From IMG/VR virus record IMGVR_UViG_3300029480_000006, positions 1-44,924 of that record: 44,924 nt of DNA; one strand, written 5' to 3'. This document shows positions 7,128-15,245 of the stretch, piece after piece. Each line of letters begins with the position of its first letter. Within the stretch, counting starts at the first letter, position 1. The stretch is from a virus. Under the pieces are notes generated by a model, which made no database searches, was not told where the DNA came from, and saw only the letters and a list, made by a program, of their open reading frames with translations. A program made the position numbers and the translations under genes.

Positions 7128-8017
7128 TTAAACTAATTAAAACTGAAAAAGGAATAAACATTGGAAAAGAAAAAAGATTGATTGTAGTAAATGATTTGTC
7201 TGAAATAAAAAATATAAATTTAGATGAAGATGAAGAAAAACTTACTTATAAATACTATAATGAAATAGATATTAATAATCCTGTATTAGATGATTCTATA
7301 AAACATTTGGAGGATTTATGGAAAAAATTAAAAGAAGAAATACAAAGCCTAACTTTATTTGAAGCAATAGAGAAAACGTTCTATTATATAGACTATATAT
7401 TTCGTTTAAATGATTCTTATAAAAATAATGAAGGTAAGATATGTCTACCATTAATACTAGAACCATACTCGGAAGAAGTAATTATTTATGTAATAGATAG
7501 CTGTATTAATGGCAAGATAAAAGGTAAATTTATAGTGGAAAAAGCCACAGATGAAATGATGTCATTTGCTAAAAGAAGAAACAACGAACTTGAATATGTT
7601 GATTGGAAAGATGATATTATTGATAATATTGCTAGTGATTTTCATAGTAATAGTTATTATGGAATTATAGCTATGGAAAAATTGATTGAATTAATCGAAA
7701 ATAAAAATCTTGAAGAGGCTATAGACAAGACGATTGACTTCTTATTTAATGATGAAGATATGTTGAAATATATATATTTATCAAGTTCAATGACAGAAAA
7801 TAAAGTTAGTCTCTCTTTTTATACAAATAGTCTAGGAGATAAATTTATTAAGAGAGAGCCTAAAAGCATTTATAGAGATTTTGTGATTTATAAGAATATC
7901 CCAGTTTATAAAATGGAAATTAGTGCATCTTTTTATGAAATAGAAATAGATGAGAATGGTTTTGATGTACGCAAAGAATTATCAAAAGAACAAATAGAAT
8001 TAGTAATAGGAAAATAA
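7124..8017 (+). CDS. Hypothetical protein (297 aa)
   Basis: ORF overlaps the upstream stop (ATGA), implying an operon. Confidence 0.5.
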   Translation: MIKLIKTEKGINIGKEKRLIVVNDLSEIKNINLDEDEEKLTYKYYNEIDINNPVLDDSIKHLEDLWKKLKEEIQSLTLFEAIEKTFYYIDYIFRLNDSYKNNEGKICLPLILEPYSEEVIIYVIDSCINGKIKGKFIVEKATDEMMSFAKRRNNELEYVDWKDDIIDNIASDFHSNSYYGIIAMEKLIELIENKNLEEAIDKTIDFLFNDEDMLKYIYLSSSMTENKVSLSFYTNSLGDKFIKREPKSIYRDFVIYKNIPVYKMEISASFYEIEIDENGFDVRKELSKEQIELVIGK

Positions 8018-8020
8018 AAA

Positions 8021-8046
8021 AAGAGCTACTATTTAGTAGCTCTTTT
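8021..8046 (+). terminator. Intrinsic terminator
   Basis: Perfect 9-bp stem agagctact/agtagctct followed by cttttg. Confidence 0.6.
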
Positions 8047-8164
8047 GATGTTATCTTACACTTTCCATAGGCTTATTCATATTCAAATACATTATAATGT
8101 TATAGTTAATAAATAGAAAGCGTAAGAACTGCATTAATATTTATATTTAAATTATACAACAAAA

Positions 8165-8193
8165 TTGACAATAGGTCTAATTTAATATATTAT
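8165..8193 (+). promoter_or_regulatory. Sigma70-type promoter (TTGACA-17-TATTAT) reading into an ORF-free structured region
   Basis: Consensus -35 at 8165-8170, -10 at 8188-8193. Confidence 0.5.
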
Positions 8194-8199
8194 AGAAGC

Positions 8200-8733
8200 G
8201 TAGACAATTTTCTTAACAATCAAATAAAAAGTTTTTAGAAATAAAAAAGACCAAACGTGTTGGTAGCACGATTGGTCTTGCCGAACAACCTACCGCAAAT
8301 AAGTTGTCCGAGTTGTTTTCTAAACTCATTATACTTATATATTAGCGATATGTCAACGACATATCATAAATTATTAATGATTTTAGGTAGGAATAGTAGG
8401 CACATTATAGCATTATCCCATTTTTCCAATGTCGGAAAAATGGTGAAGATGTTGTGATGTGTTTTTTAGTATCTAAAATCACTTGGCGGAATAAACGTCA
8501 AGAGCGTGCCTAGATGCTTATTCTAGGAGAGCGAGAGCTACACTTGGCGGAGTGTATAAATAAGTGGTTGCAGAAAGTAACCAACCGTATCACCAGCGGA
8601 GGCGGAAAATCGGTGGGGCATTTGGATATATTCTACTATCCAAATTTACCTAAGAGGGCGGAATGTTGTTAAACTCCCTTAATAAGCCTAAGTAAATAAG
8701 AACTCATGAGAGCCGTTTAGACGGCTTTTTTTA
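8200..8733 (+). ncRNA. Candidate large structured non-coding RNA (about 530 nt, promoter to terminator); strand and ends uncertain, may extend to about 9100
   Basis: No ORF >=60 aa on either strand in 8458-9109. GC clearly above the genome background. Many perfect hairpins, e.g. agaccaa..ttggtct, gatatgtcAACgacatatc, atttggata..tatccaaat. Upstream promoter and a downstream terminator. Confidence 0.4.
8711..8733 (+). terminator. Intrinsic terminator inside the ORF-free region
   Basis: Stem agccgt/acggct with loop ttag, then ttttttt. Confidence 0.7.
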
Positions 8734-9109
8734 TTTGAGTAATATATTTATATGGTTAAAAGTAGACAACGGTGGTTAAAGGCAACGTAAGTTGCAGATT
8801 GGGATTGTAGCATAAGCTATAAGCCGTATTAGGATAACATACGGAAACGTATGGTGGTTGGGGCAATTAAGTAACCATTAATATCCTACCTGTGTAAAAG
8901 CAGGAACTAGTAGAAAACTGGACTGGCAGACGCAAGAAAACCAGGCGTAAAAATATAGTTATATCTTTAGTAGAACGCTAAAGGTATAACTATACCTAGA
9001 ACACGGCTCCGCAATCCTCCCAAGCGTAATCGTTTTTGGGTTAGAAGTAAAGCCAAAGTTAGTGCCTAGTTTAAATAAATTTATATATACCAAGAAAGAA
9101 GATGAGTAG

Positions 9110-9298
9110 ATGCCAACGATAAAAGAAATAAAAGCTATAGCAAAAGATAGAGCTGTAAATCTACCAAAGAAAGCTAGAAAAGCCGATATGATACATATAT
9201 TGCAGGAGCAAGAGGGAAATAATCCTTGTTATGCTACTAAACAATGTAATATAGATGTGTGCCTTTGGTATAAAGATTGCCAAAAAGCTATAAAATAA
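9110..9298 (+). CDS. Small protein with Rho-N/HeH-like N-terminus and Cys-rich C-terminus
   Basis: MPTIKEIKAIAKDRAVNLPKKARKADMIHIL resembles the Rho N-terminal/HeH motif. Four Cys in the last 30 aa. Confidence 0.45.
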   Translation: MPTIKEIKAIAKDRAVNLPKKARKADMIHILQEQEGNNPCYATKQCNIDVCLWYKDCQKAIK

Positions 9299-9382
9299 TA
9301 GCCTGTATAAGCTGTTTAAAATCTTTGTAGGTATAAATACATTAAGATAAAAATAAAACAGCTATAAATGGATAAAAAATAA

Positions 9383-9422
9383 GAGCCTAACACTAATTTA
9401 TGTGCTAGGCTCTTTTATTATT
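9383..9422. terminator. Bidirectional terminator between convergent genes
   Basis: Hairpin agagcctaacac..gtgctaggctct flanked by an A-run and a T-run. Confidence 0.55.
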
Positions 9423-9669
9423 TTAGTACATATTCTTTTAATGCGTTAACTATATAATTATTTACGCTTCGACCATCAATTTTAGCTTTTTTTTCTATGA
9501 TTTCAAATAATTTTGGACCAATGACTATTAATTTCTTTTTTGTTTGTTTTTCATAATCAAGAATTTCTTTTAGATTTTTTTTATCTGTTATTACTTCAGG
9601 TTCTGGTTTGTTATCATCTAAACCTAATAGCATATCTGCTGGATTATCAAAAGTTTTAAAGTTGTCCAT
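9418..9669 (-). CDS. Ribbon-helix-helix partition/centromere-binding protein (ParG/omega-like)
   Basis: 83 aa immediately downstream of parA. C-terminus GRSVNNYIVNALKEYV is RHH-like (type Ib partition partner). Confidence 0.55.
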   Translation of the reverse strand: MDNFKTFDNPADMLLGLDDNKPEPEVITDKKNLKEILDYEKQTKKKLIVIGPKLFEIIEKKAKIDGRSVNNYIVNALKEYVLK

Positions 9670-10400
9670 TATTTATCCTCCAATATTTCTTTTACTAATG
9701 CTCTATAATCTCGACCAGCTGTAGAATATCTAGCATATCTAAATATGTCAGTCATTTTTGCTTGGGACTCTTTTATAGAAATGCTATCTCTTATTGTAGT
9801 ACTAAATACTTTTGTATTTAATCTTTTTGCTATATCAATAAGACTATTTAACATAGATTTTCCTAATATAGTTCGTTTGTTAAATCTAGTTATTAAAATA
9901 CCTTTTATACTAAGATTTTTATTAGATGTTTTTTGTATAGCTTGTACAGTTTTGTATAAATCAACTAAACCTTGCATTGGTAATAAATCTGCTGTAGTAG
10001 CAATTATTATAGAATTACTAGCAGTCAAAGCATTTAATGTAATTATTCCTAATGCTGGAGGAGTATCTATAATTACATAATCATAGTTGTTTTTCATCAC
10101 GCTTAAGATGTTTTTTAATACAGATTCCATACCAGATTTATTTTGTAGTAAGACTAGATTTTTCGATCCAGCAATAAAATCGTTTTCTATTGCTTCATCA
10201 ATTTTTATTTTACCAGTGAGTACATCTAAAATATCATGAGTATTTTTAGTTGCTTGCTGTAATAAAGTTAAATTGCATTGTGCATCTAAATCTAGCAATA
10301 ATACTTTTTTATTTTGCAATCTTAAACCTGCTGTTAAATTTTGGGCAGTTGTTGTTTTTCCAACTCCGCCCTTTTGATTTATTATAGAGATAATTTCCAT
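9669..10400 (-). CDS. parA: ParA/Soj-family partition ATPase (small type Ib ParA); true start is at the Met of MEIISIINQKGGVGKTT
   Basis: Deviant Walker A KGGVGKTT. RBS GGAGTG upstream of the ATG at 10400. The 48-codon N-terminal extension in the track ORF runs through AT repeats and is an artefact. Confidence 0.9.
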   Translation of the reverse strand: MEIISIINQKGGVGKTTTAQNLTAGLRLQNKKVLLLDLDAQCNLTLLQQATKNTHDILDVLTGKIKIDEAIENDFIAGSKNLVLLQNKSGMESVLKNILSVMKNNYDYVIIDTPPALGIITLNALTASNSIIIATTADLLPMQGLVDLYKTVQAIQKTSNKNLSIKGILITRFNKRTILGKSMLNSLIDIAKRLNTKVFSTTIRDSISIKESQAKMTDIFRYARYSTAGRDYRALVKEILEDK

Positions 10401-10535
10401 AATATCACTCCTTATATGTGGTATATATATATTATATAATATATATATAGAAATGCAATATATAATATATATAAAGTATATATAATATATATATACTTTA
10501 TATATATTATATAACACTATATATAGTGGTTTTTG
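10401..10535. repeat. AT-rich repeat/palindrome field upstream of parA (candidate parS centromere and promoter)
   Basis: Degenerate ATATATAAT-type repeats and the perfect palindrome aaagtatatat..atatatacttt. Confidence 0.6.
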
Positions 10536-10608
10536 CAAACTCAATCAAAGTCAGTCAGATTTTATAAAAAATCCATTTAGAGAATACATATTTTAAGCAA
10601 AATAAAAA

Positions 10609-10655
10609 AGGTAGATACTAGATATTGTGTTTCTAGCATCTACCTTAAATTTTTA
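10609..10655 (-). terminator. Intrinsic terminator for the minus-strand lipoprotein gene
   Basis: Hairpin ggtagatactaga..tctagcatctacc with a T-run on the minus strand. Confidence 0.55.
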
Positions 10656-10686
10656 ACTTCCTATTTCTTACAAAATATGAAGTTGA

Positions 10687-11253
10687 TTATAAAGAGTCAT
10701 CAATTGGTTTCCAGTTAGCTTTTATATCTTCATATGGCATTTTTATTTGTTCTTTAACAGCTAATACCAAATCATCTGGTATTGTGGTAGTTCTATTTAT
10801 TCTAGAAACGCAATCAAATTTAAGTTTTACTTCATTGGCTGTAGATAGTTTTTGAATTATTTCTTTATTTAAATTGAAATATCTAAAATTACTATGTTGA
10901 ACAACGTTATTTAATGATGATGTATCAATTAATGTTTGTCCAGCTTCTAGATATCTATAATCTGGATTTTTTAAAGCTACTACAGGATATTCAATACCAT
11001 CTATTATAAAAGTAGCATAAGGTAAGATTTTATCTTCATCTTTTCTTTTATCCATTCTAAACCAGTACATATCTTCTGTTGGTGTAGAATATTTTACAAA
11101 ACAAAGACCGAGATTAGCTCTAATACTTTGTACGCTTAAAGAGTAAGCGTTGTCCCATTCTGGTTCGTATGCTGTTCGTACATGTGCAAAACAACTAGAT
11201 ACCATTAATAAAATAAAAATAGAGCATAAAACAAGACTTCTCAAATAATACAT
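10687..11253 (-). CDS. Secreted lipoprotein (moron next to the repressor)
   Basis: Signal peptide MYYLRSLVLCSIFILLMVSSC with lipobox MVSSC. Confidence 0.55.
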   Translation of the reverse strand: MYYLRSLVLCSIFILLMVSSCFAHVRTAYEPEWDNAYSLSVQSIRANLGLCFVKYSTPTEDMYWFRMDKRKDEDKILPYATFIIDGIEYPVVALKNPDYRYLEAGQTLIDTSSLNNVVQHSNFRYFNLNKEIIQKLSTANEVKLKFDCVSRINRTTTIPDDLVLAVKEQIKMPYEDIKANWKPIDDSL

Positions 11254-11313
11254 AAAAACACTTCCTTCTATATTTATAGTATTATCTTAACATTTATATT
11301 ATTTTTATCAATA

Positions 11314-11346
11314 AAAAAGGCCACCATTAAAGGTGGTCTTTTTTTA
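11314..11346. terminator. Bidirectional intrinsic terminator
   Basis: Stem aaggccacc/ggtggtctt flanked by poly-A and poly-T. Confidence 0.6.
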
Positions 11347-11811
11347 TGCCCTTTTTTCTGTGGAATTGTCGATAGTATTTGTAGTAGTGGAAGCTATATA
11401 TTCGTTTTTTTCCTCTGCTACTTTTAATTCATTTGCTACCTGTTCTAATTTTTCATTATAAGTTTTTTCATCATCAGATTTTGAGCTTTTGTTAATTAAT
11501 TTATTCTGGGTGCTTAATAATTCTTTAGCCATTTTAAATAGATATTCTTGTGTTTCAGGTTCAAGTGAGTTAAGAATTTCAGTTAATTCTTTTTCATAAG
11601 GTGAACATGAAAAAATAGAGCCTTTTCCAGTTTGTAGCCAATTTTCAGAGATATTAAATGTTTTACATATTACTTTAATATGTCTTTCTGATAAAGGGTT
11701 TCTACCATTTTCAATCATTGAATATCCTGTTTGAGTTAATCCAAGATATTTAGCAAAAGCACTTTGATTTAATCCAAGAGCTTTTCTTGCTTGTTTTAAT
11801 CTTTGTAACAT
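11344..11811 (-). CDS. Phage repressor (XRE/CI-like HTH, no peptidase domain)
   Basis: N-terminal HTH LGLNQSAFAKYLGLTQTGYSMIENGRNPL. Divergent from the + strand early genes across an operator region. Confidence 0.75.
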   Translation of the reverse strand: MLQRLKQARKALGLNQSAFAKYLGLTQTGYSMIENGRNPLSERHIKVICKTFNISENWLQTGKGSIFSCSPYEKELTEILNSLEPETQEYLFKMAKELLSTQNKLINKSSKSDDEKTYNEKLEQVANELKVAEEKNEYIASTTTNTIDNSTEKRA

Positions 11812-11832
11812 ATAATCACTCCTTTTTTCTTT

Positions 11833-11876
11833 ATGTTAAAATTTTAACATAAAATTAATACAATGTAAAAGAAAAA
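11833..11876. promoter_or_regulatory. Two palindromic operators in the divergent repressor/early promoter region
   Basis: atgttaaaattttaacat (perfect 9-bp arms) and aagttaataaaaattaactt (perfect 8-bp arms). Confidence 0.6.
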
Positions 11877-11930
11877 TAACATAAAGTTAATAAAAATTAA
11901 CTTTGTATTAATAAAAATGAGGTGAATTAT

Positions 11931-12065
11931 ATGAAAAAAGATTATGTAGATGAAACAATTAAAATCTTTAAACAGTTAAATCCAGAAAATCAAAGATATT
12001 TTTTATCTCTGGTAAAAGTTGCTCAAGTAGCGGAAACAAATGCTAAAAATAAAAAAATAGCATGA
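11931..12065 (+). CDS. Small early protein (44 aa), first gene rightward of the switch
   Basis: RBS GAGGTG 7 nt upstream of the ATG. Below the 60-aa track cutoff. Confidence 0.4.
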   Translation: MKKDYVDETIKIFKQLNPENQRYFLSLVKVAQVAETNAKNKKIA

Positions 12066-12128
12066 TTAGGTTTAAAAACAGCATAAAAAAAGCAAGTAGA
12101 TATATAGAGAGATGATGACGATAAAGGT

Positions 12129-12746
12129 ATGAACGAAACGTTCACCCCTGCTGGTGGAAAACAACAAACATTATTTATAAACGAAAGTGGTTTATATAGT
12201 TTAGCACTTTCTTCAAAATTACCGAAGGCTAAAGAATTTAAACGTTGGATTACAAAAGAAGTTATACCTTCAATTAGAAAATATGGTGGTTATATTGCTA
12301 AACCACTAAATCAGCTTGATATTCTTGAAAAATCTATTCAAATAATGAAAGAACAGCAAAGAAGATTAGAAGAACATGATAATCGTCTTGCTAAGATTGA
12401 ATCTAATATTGAGCAGATAAAAGAACTCGAACAAATAAATGCCAGTAATTGGCGTCTATATTTTGGTTCAGTAACGAGAAAAATTGCAAAATATTATCCT
12501 TGCTTAGATATGGAAAATCCATATCAAGCAATTCGCCATGAGTTTTACGAACGTTTAGAAGCAGAAGCTCGTTGTGATTTAGATAGAAGATTAAAAAACA
12601 AGAAAGAAAGAGCTTATAAAGCTGGATTAAATAAAAATAAAATAAAAGAAATTAATAAACTCGATATTATCGAGGAAGATGCCAGGCTTATTAATAGTGC
12701 AATAGCAGTATTAAAGAAGATGTCGATACAGTATGGCATAAACTAG
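12129..12746 (+). CDS. Antirepressor-like protein retaining only the C-terminal half of a Bro-N domain (5'-truncated)
   Basis: GGKQQTLFINESGLYSLALSSKLPKAKEFKRWITKEVIPSIRKYGGYI matches the Bro-N C-terminal half. The N-terminal half is absent. Confidence 0.6.
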   Translation: MNETFTPAGGKQQTLFINESGLYSLALSSKLPKAKEFKRWITKEVIPSIRKYGGYIAKPLNQLDILEKSIQIMKEQQRRLEEHDNRLAKIESNIEQIKELEQINASNWRLYFGSVTRKIAKYYPCLDMENPYQAIRHEFYERLEAEARCDLDRRLKNKKERAYKAGLNKNKIKEINKLDIIEEDARLINSAIAVLKKMSIQYGIN

Positions 12747-12762
12747 AAAGGGGAAAAATAAA

Positions 12763-13107
12763 ATGATGATGCAATTAAAATATCTTGAAGCTATCAGAGA
12801 AATGGAGAAAGGTAATGTAGTTCTTCATTTTGATAAAAAAGATAATAAATTTCAGTTTTTAAAAATGGAAGAAGGAACTTTATTTAATGCTGAAACAGCG
12901 GAAGTAGTTGATTGGTGTACAGTAACACCTAAAGATGGATTTGCTCTATTAATTAAGAGAAAAAAGATAGACTTCGTGAGAATTGAATTTGCTTACGAAG
13001 GTGATGAAGAAACTAGAGTAGTTGATTTTCTTGATGAAAATTTTCACAAAATAAAAAAAGAGCATGGCATAGATTTACCAGCTCTTATAGAAAAGATAGT
13101 TAAGTAG
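12763..13107 (+). CDS. Hypothetical protein
   Basis: 114-aa ORF with RBS AAAGGGGAAAAATAAAATG. Confidence 0.5.
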   Translation: MMMQLKYLEAIREMEKGNVVLHFDKKDNKFQFLKMEEGTLFNAETAEVVDWCTVTPKDGFALLIKRKKIDFVRIEFAYEGDEETRVVDFLDENFHKIKKEHGIDLPALIEKIVK

Positions 13108-13144
13108 AAACACAAAGCGTTCTACTGGCTTAAAAAAATGGCGA

Positions 13145-13179
13145 AGCCCTTAGATTATTCGCAGTAATCTAAGGGCTTA
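13145..13179. repeat. Perfect 14-bp-stem hairpin upstream of rep (candidate RCR double-strand origin)
   Basis: aagcccttagatta-ttcgcag-taatctaagggctt. Confidence 0.6.
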
Positions 13180-13320
13180 AAACTAACCACATATAAAGTT
13201 TAATTAAATTATATATCAATAATGGTTAGGTGTCAATTTTTAAGCGTTCGGTGGAGCGTTTTGTGGACCTGCTAAAGGTATTATTTTAACAGGAAAATAA
13301 AAACAAGGAGGCTTAGAAAT

Positions 13321-14172
13321 ATGGCACTAGTGCAGAAAAAGGTATATGGAAAAAATTATATAGACCAGTTCCAATATTATAGTGGCAGATATGGAAAGAA
13401 TATACCTAATGGCCCTGCACTAGGTAAAACACCGCTGAAGCAGTTGCGTTACCAAGATAAAAAAGCAGAGCGTAACTGCCGATACAAAATTAATGAAAAT
13501 TTTGAGGGTGGAGATTTATTCTTAACGCTAAATTATCCACCACATAAAAAAATAGATATAAATGTGGCCAGAAAAAATATTAATACATTTCTAGACACAG
13601 TGAGAAAAATATATAAGCGAGAAGAAAAAAAGCTCAAGTATATTTACGTGGCTGGCATCACAAAAAAAGGTATGATACATTTCCACATTGTGATGAACAA
13701 GCACGATACTGATGTACTAACTAAAGCATGGCAAAGAATAGTTGGTACAGAAGAATGTAAATACCCAAGAGTAACGATAAGACATTTAGATTACAGTGGG
13801 GAATACAAAAAGCTGGCTTCTTACTTAATAAAAAATAGTAGGGAGCAATTTTACAGAAAGGAAAAGGTGCATAAGAAAAGATTTTGTGCATCTAAGAATT
13901 TAAAAATGCCATTAGTAACCACCAAAGTTATAAAAAATAATAGATGGTGGAACATGGCAACAAAAAAAGCCCCAAAAGGCTACATCATAGATAAAAATAG
14001 TATTTATGATGGTTATGGCTGGGCAGATAATGGTGGCTATTATGAATGTTGCAGAGTACAAAGAATAACCATGTATAGAATAGATAGCCAGTATCAGAAA
14101 TTTAAAAAGAGTAAGTACAGAAAGCCTTTGGAAAACATAGATGTACCAGAGGTAATAGAAGATTGGGGTTAA
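13321..14172 (+). CDS. rep: Rolling-circle replication initiator (HUH endonuclease Rep)
   Basis: Motif I FLTLNY, motif II HFHIVMN (HUH), motif III Y..ASYLIK (YxxK), in the canonical order. Confidence 0.75.
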   Translation: MALVQKKVYGKNYIDQFQYYSGRYGKNIPNGPALGKTPLKQLRYQDKKAERNCRYKINENFEGGDLFLTLNYPPHKKIDINVARKNINTFLDTVRKIYKREEKKLKYIYVAGITKKGMIHFHIVMNKHDTDVLTKAWQRIVGTEECKYPRVTIRHLDYSGEYKKLASYLIKNSREQFYRKEKVHKKRFCASKNLKMPLVTTKVIKNNRWWNMATKKAPKGYIIDKNSIYDGYGWADNGGYYECCRVQRITMYRIDSQYQKFKKSKYRKPLENIDVPEVIEDWG

Positions 14173-14176
14173 TAAA

Positions 14177-14365
14177 TTGGAAGTAATAAAGACCTGTGAA
14201 TATTGTGGTACAGTTTTCACAGCAAAAAGTCTAAGCTTCAGATATTGTTGCAATGATTGTAGACGTTTGAAACAAAATCAAAGAATGAGAATATATTTCA
14301 AACGTAAGAGAGAAAGCATAAAAGAGAAAAAATTAAAAATAAAGAAAGGAAATGAATTTATATAG
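14177..14365 (+). CDS. Small Zn-ribbon protein
   Basis: CEYC...CCNDC four-Cys arrangement and basic tail. Confidence 0.5.
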   Translation: MEVIKTCEYCGTVFTAKSLSFRYCCNDCRRLKQNQRMRIYFKRKRESIKEKKLKIKKGNEFI

Positions 14366-14380
14366 AAATGAATTTATATA
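14349..14380. repeat. Perfect tandem direct repeat, 2 x GAAATGAATTTATATA
   Basis: Read directly. The first copy spans the stop codon of the Zn-ribbon gene. Confidence 0.8.
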
Positions 14381-14502
14381 TAAGTTTAGGGAAATATCAA
14401 AAATAACAGGATTGAGTTATGGCATAGTAAAGGCTTATTACCCCAACATGGTATATATACAAAAATTGGCGGAGTATAAATTTTACGCAAGGACAGGTAG
14501 AT

Positions 14503-15243
14503 ATGAGTAATTATGGTGCATTTAATTTAAGACACTTAGCAAAAGGTCTTAAATATATAAATAACTTAAAGCTAGAAGAATTAGGAATAACAGCCAATCA
14601 AGTAAAAGTTTTAAAAAGCTGGCTTAAAATAACTGGTTTGAGTAATGGTAAGAAGTTAACATCACTAGGAAATATCATCAAAAAACATGATAGGTTTCTA
14701 GAAGAAGATATAACTATGCAAGTTCTTCACTACAAAATTTTAACTGCTGATAAAGACAGTATTTGGCAGTTTATATTTAAACTAGATGATTTTGATAAAC
14801 AGTATGTAATGAAGGAATTATCTGTTAAATATGAATTTAAGTCTGATTTAATAGTGGCAGATTTAAATGTATTGCTAAATATGTATATTCCTAAAATAGC
14901 AGAAAAAGAAAGCATGAATAGAGCTTTATTGCCATTAATAAGAAAACAGGGGGATTTCTATTGCAAAAGAGAGTACAAGCCTAATATATGGGTAGCATTA
15001 GCAATAATAATAGATAATCTACCAGAACCAACGCTAGATAATAATGCATCATGGTTAGAATTTAACACAATATATTCAACATTTAAAAATGTTTTTGGCT
15101 TGGAATATAGAACAGTGGAAGATATTTTATATAAATTACAAAATATGAGATTTGTAAAAATAAGAAAATCACATATAGAAATATCATGCAATTATACATT
15201 TTTAGATTGTATAGAAAAAGCATATAAAGAACTGGAGGTATAA
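14503..15243 (+). CDS. Hypothetical protein (246 aa)
   Basis: ORF with RBS. No domain recognised. Confidence 0.5.
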   Translation: MSNYGAFNLRHLAKGLKYINNLKLEELGITANQVKVLKSWLKITGLSNGKKLTSLGNIIKKHDRFLEEDITMQVLHYKILTADKDSIWQFIFKLDDFDKQYVMKELSVKYEFKSDLIVADLNVLLNMYIPKIAEKESMNRALLPLIRKQGDFYCKREYKPNIWVALAIIIDNLPEPTLDNNASWLEFNTIYSTFKNVFGLEYRTVEDILYKLQNMRFVKIRKSHIEISCNYTFLDCIEKAYKELEV

Positions 15244-15245
15244 AC

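Noticed and set aside
8257-8457. 66-aa + strand ORF in the ORF-free island
   Set aside because: It has a non-ATG start, no RBS and a hydrophobic junk-like sequence. It lies within the hairpin-dense candidate RNA.
9745-10080. + strand 111-aa ORF
   Set aside because: It is antisense to parA and hydrophobic or low-complexity. parA is strongly supported.
10401-10544. N-terminal 48-codon extension of parA (MSLQKPLYIVLYNIYKVYIYY...)
   Set aside because: It is a translation of AT-rich tandem repeats. A proper RBS and ATG lie at 10400, just before the Walker A.
13912-14253. Minus-strand 113-aa ORF
   Set aside because: It is antisense to rep and hydrophobic or low-complexity.
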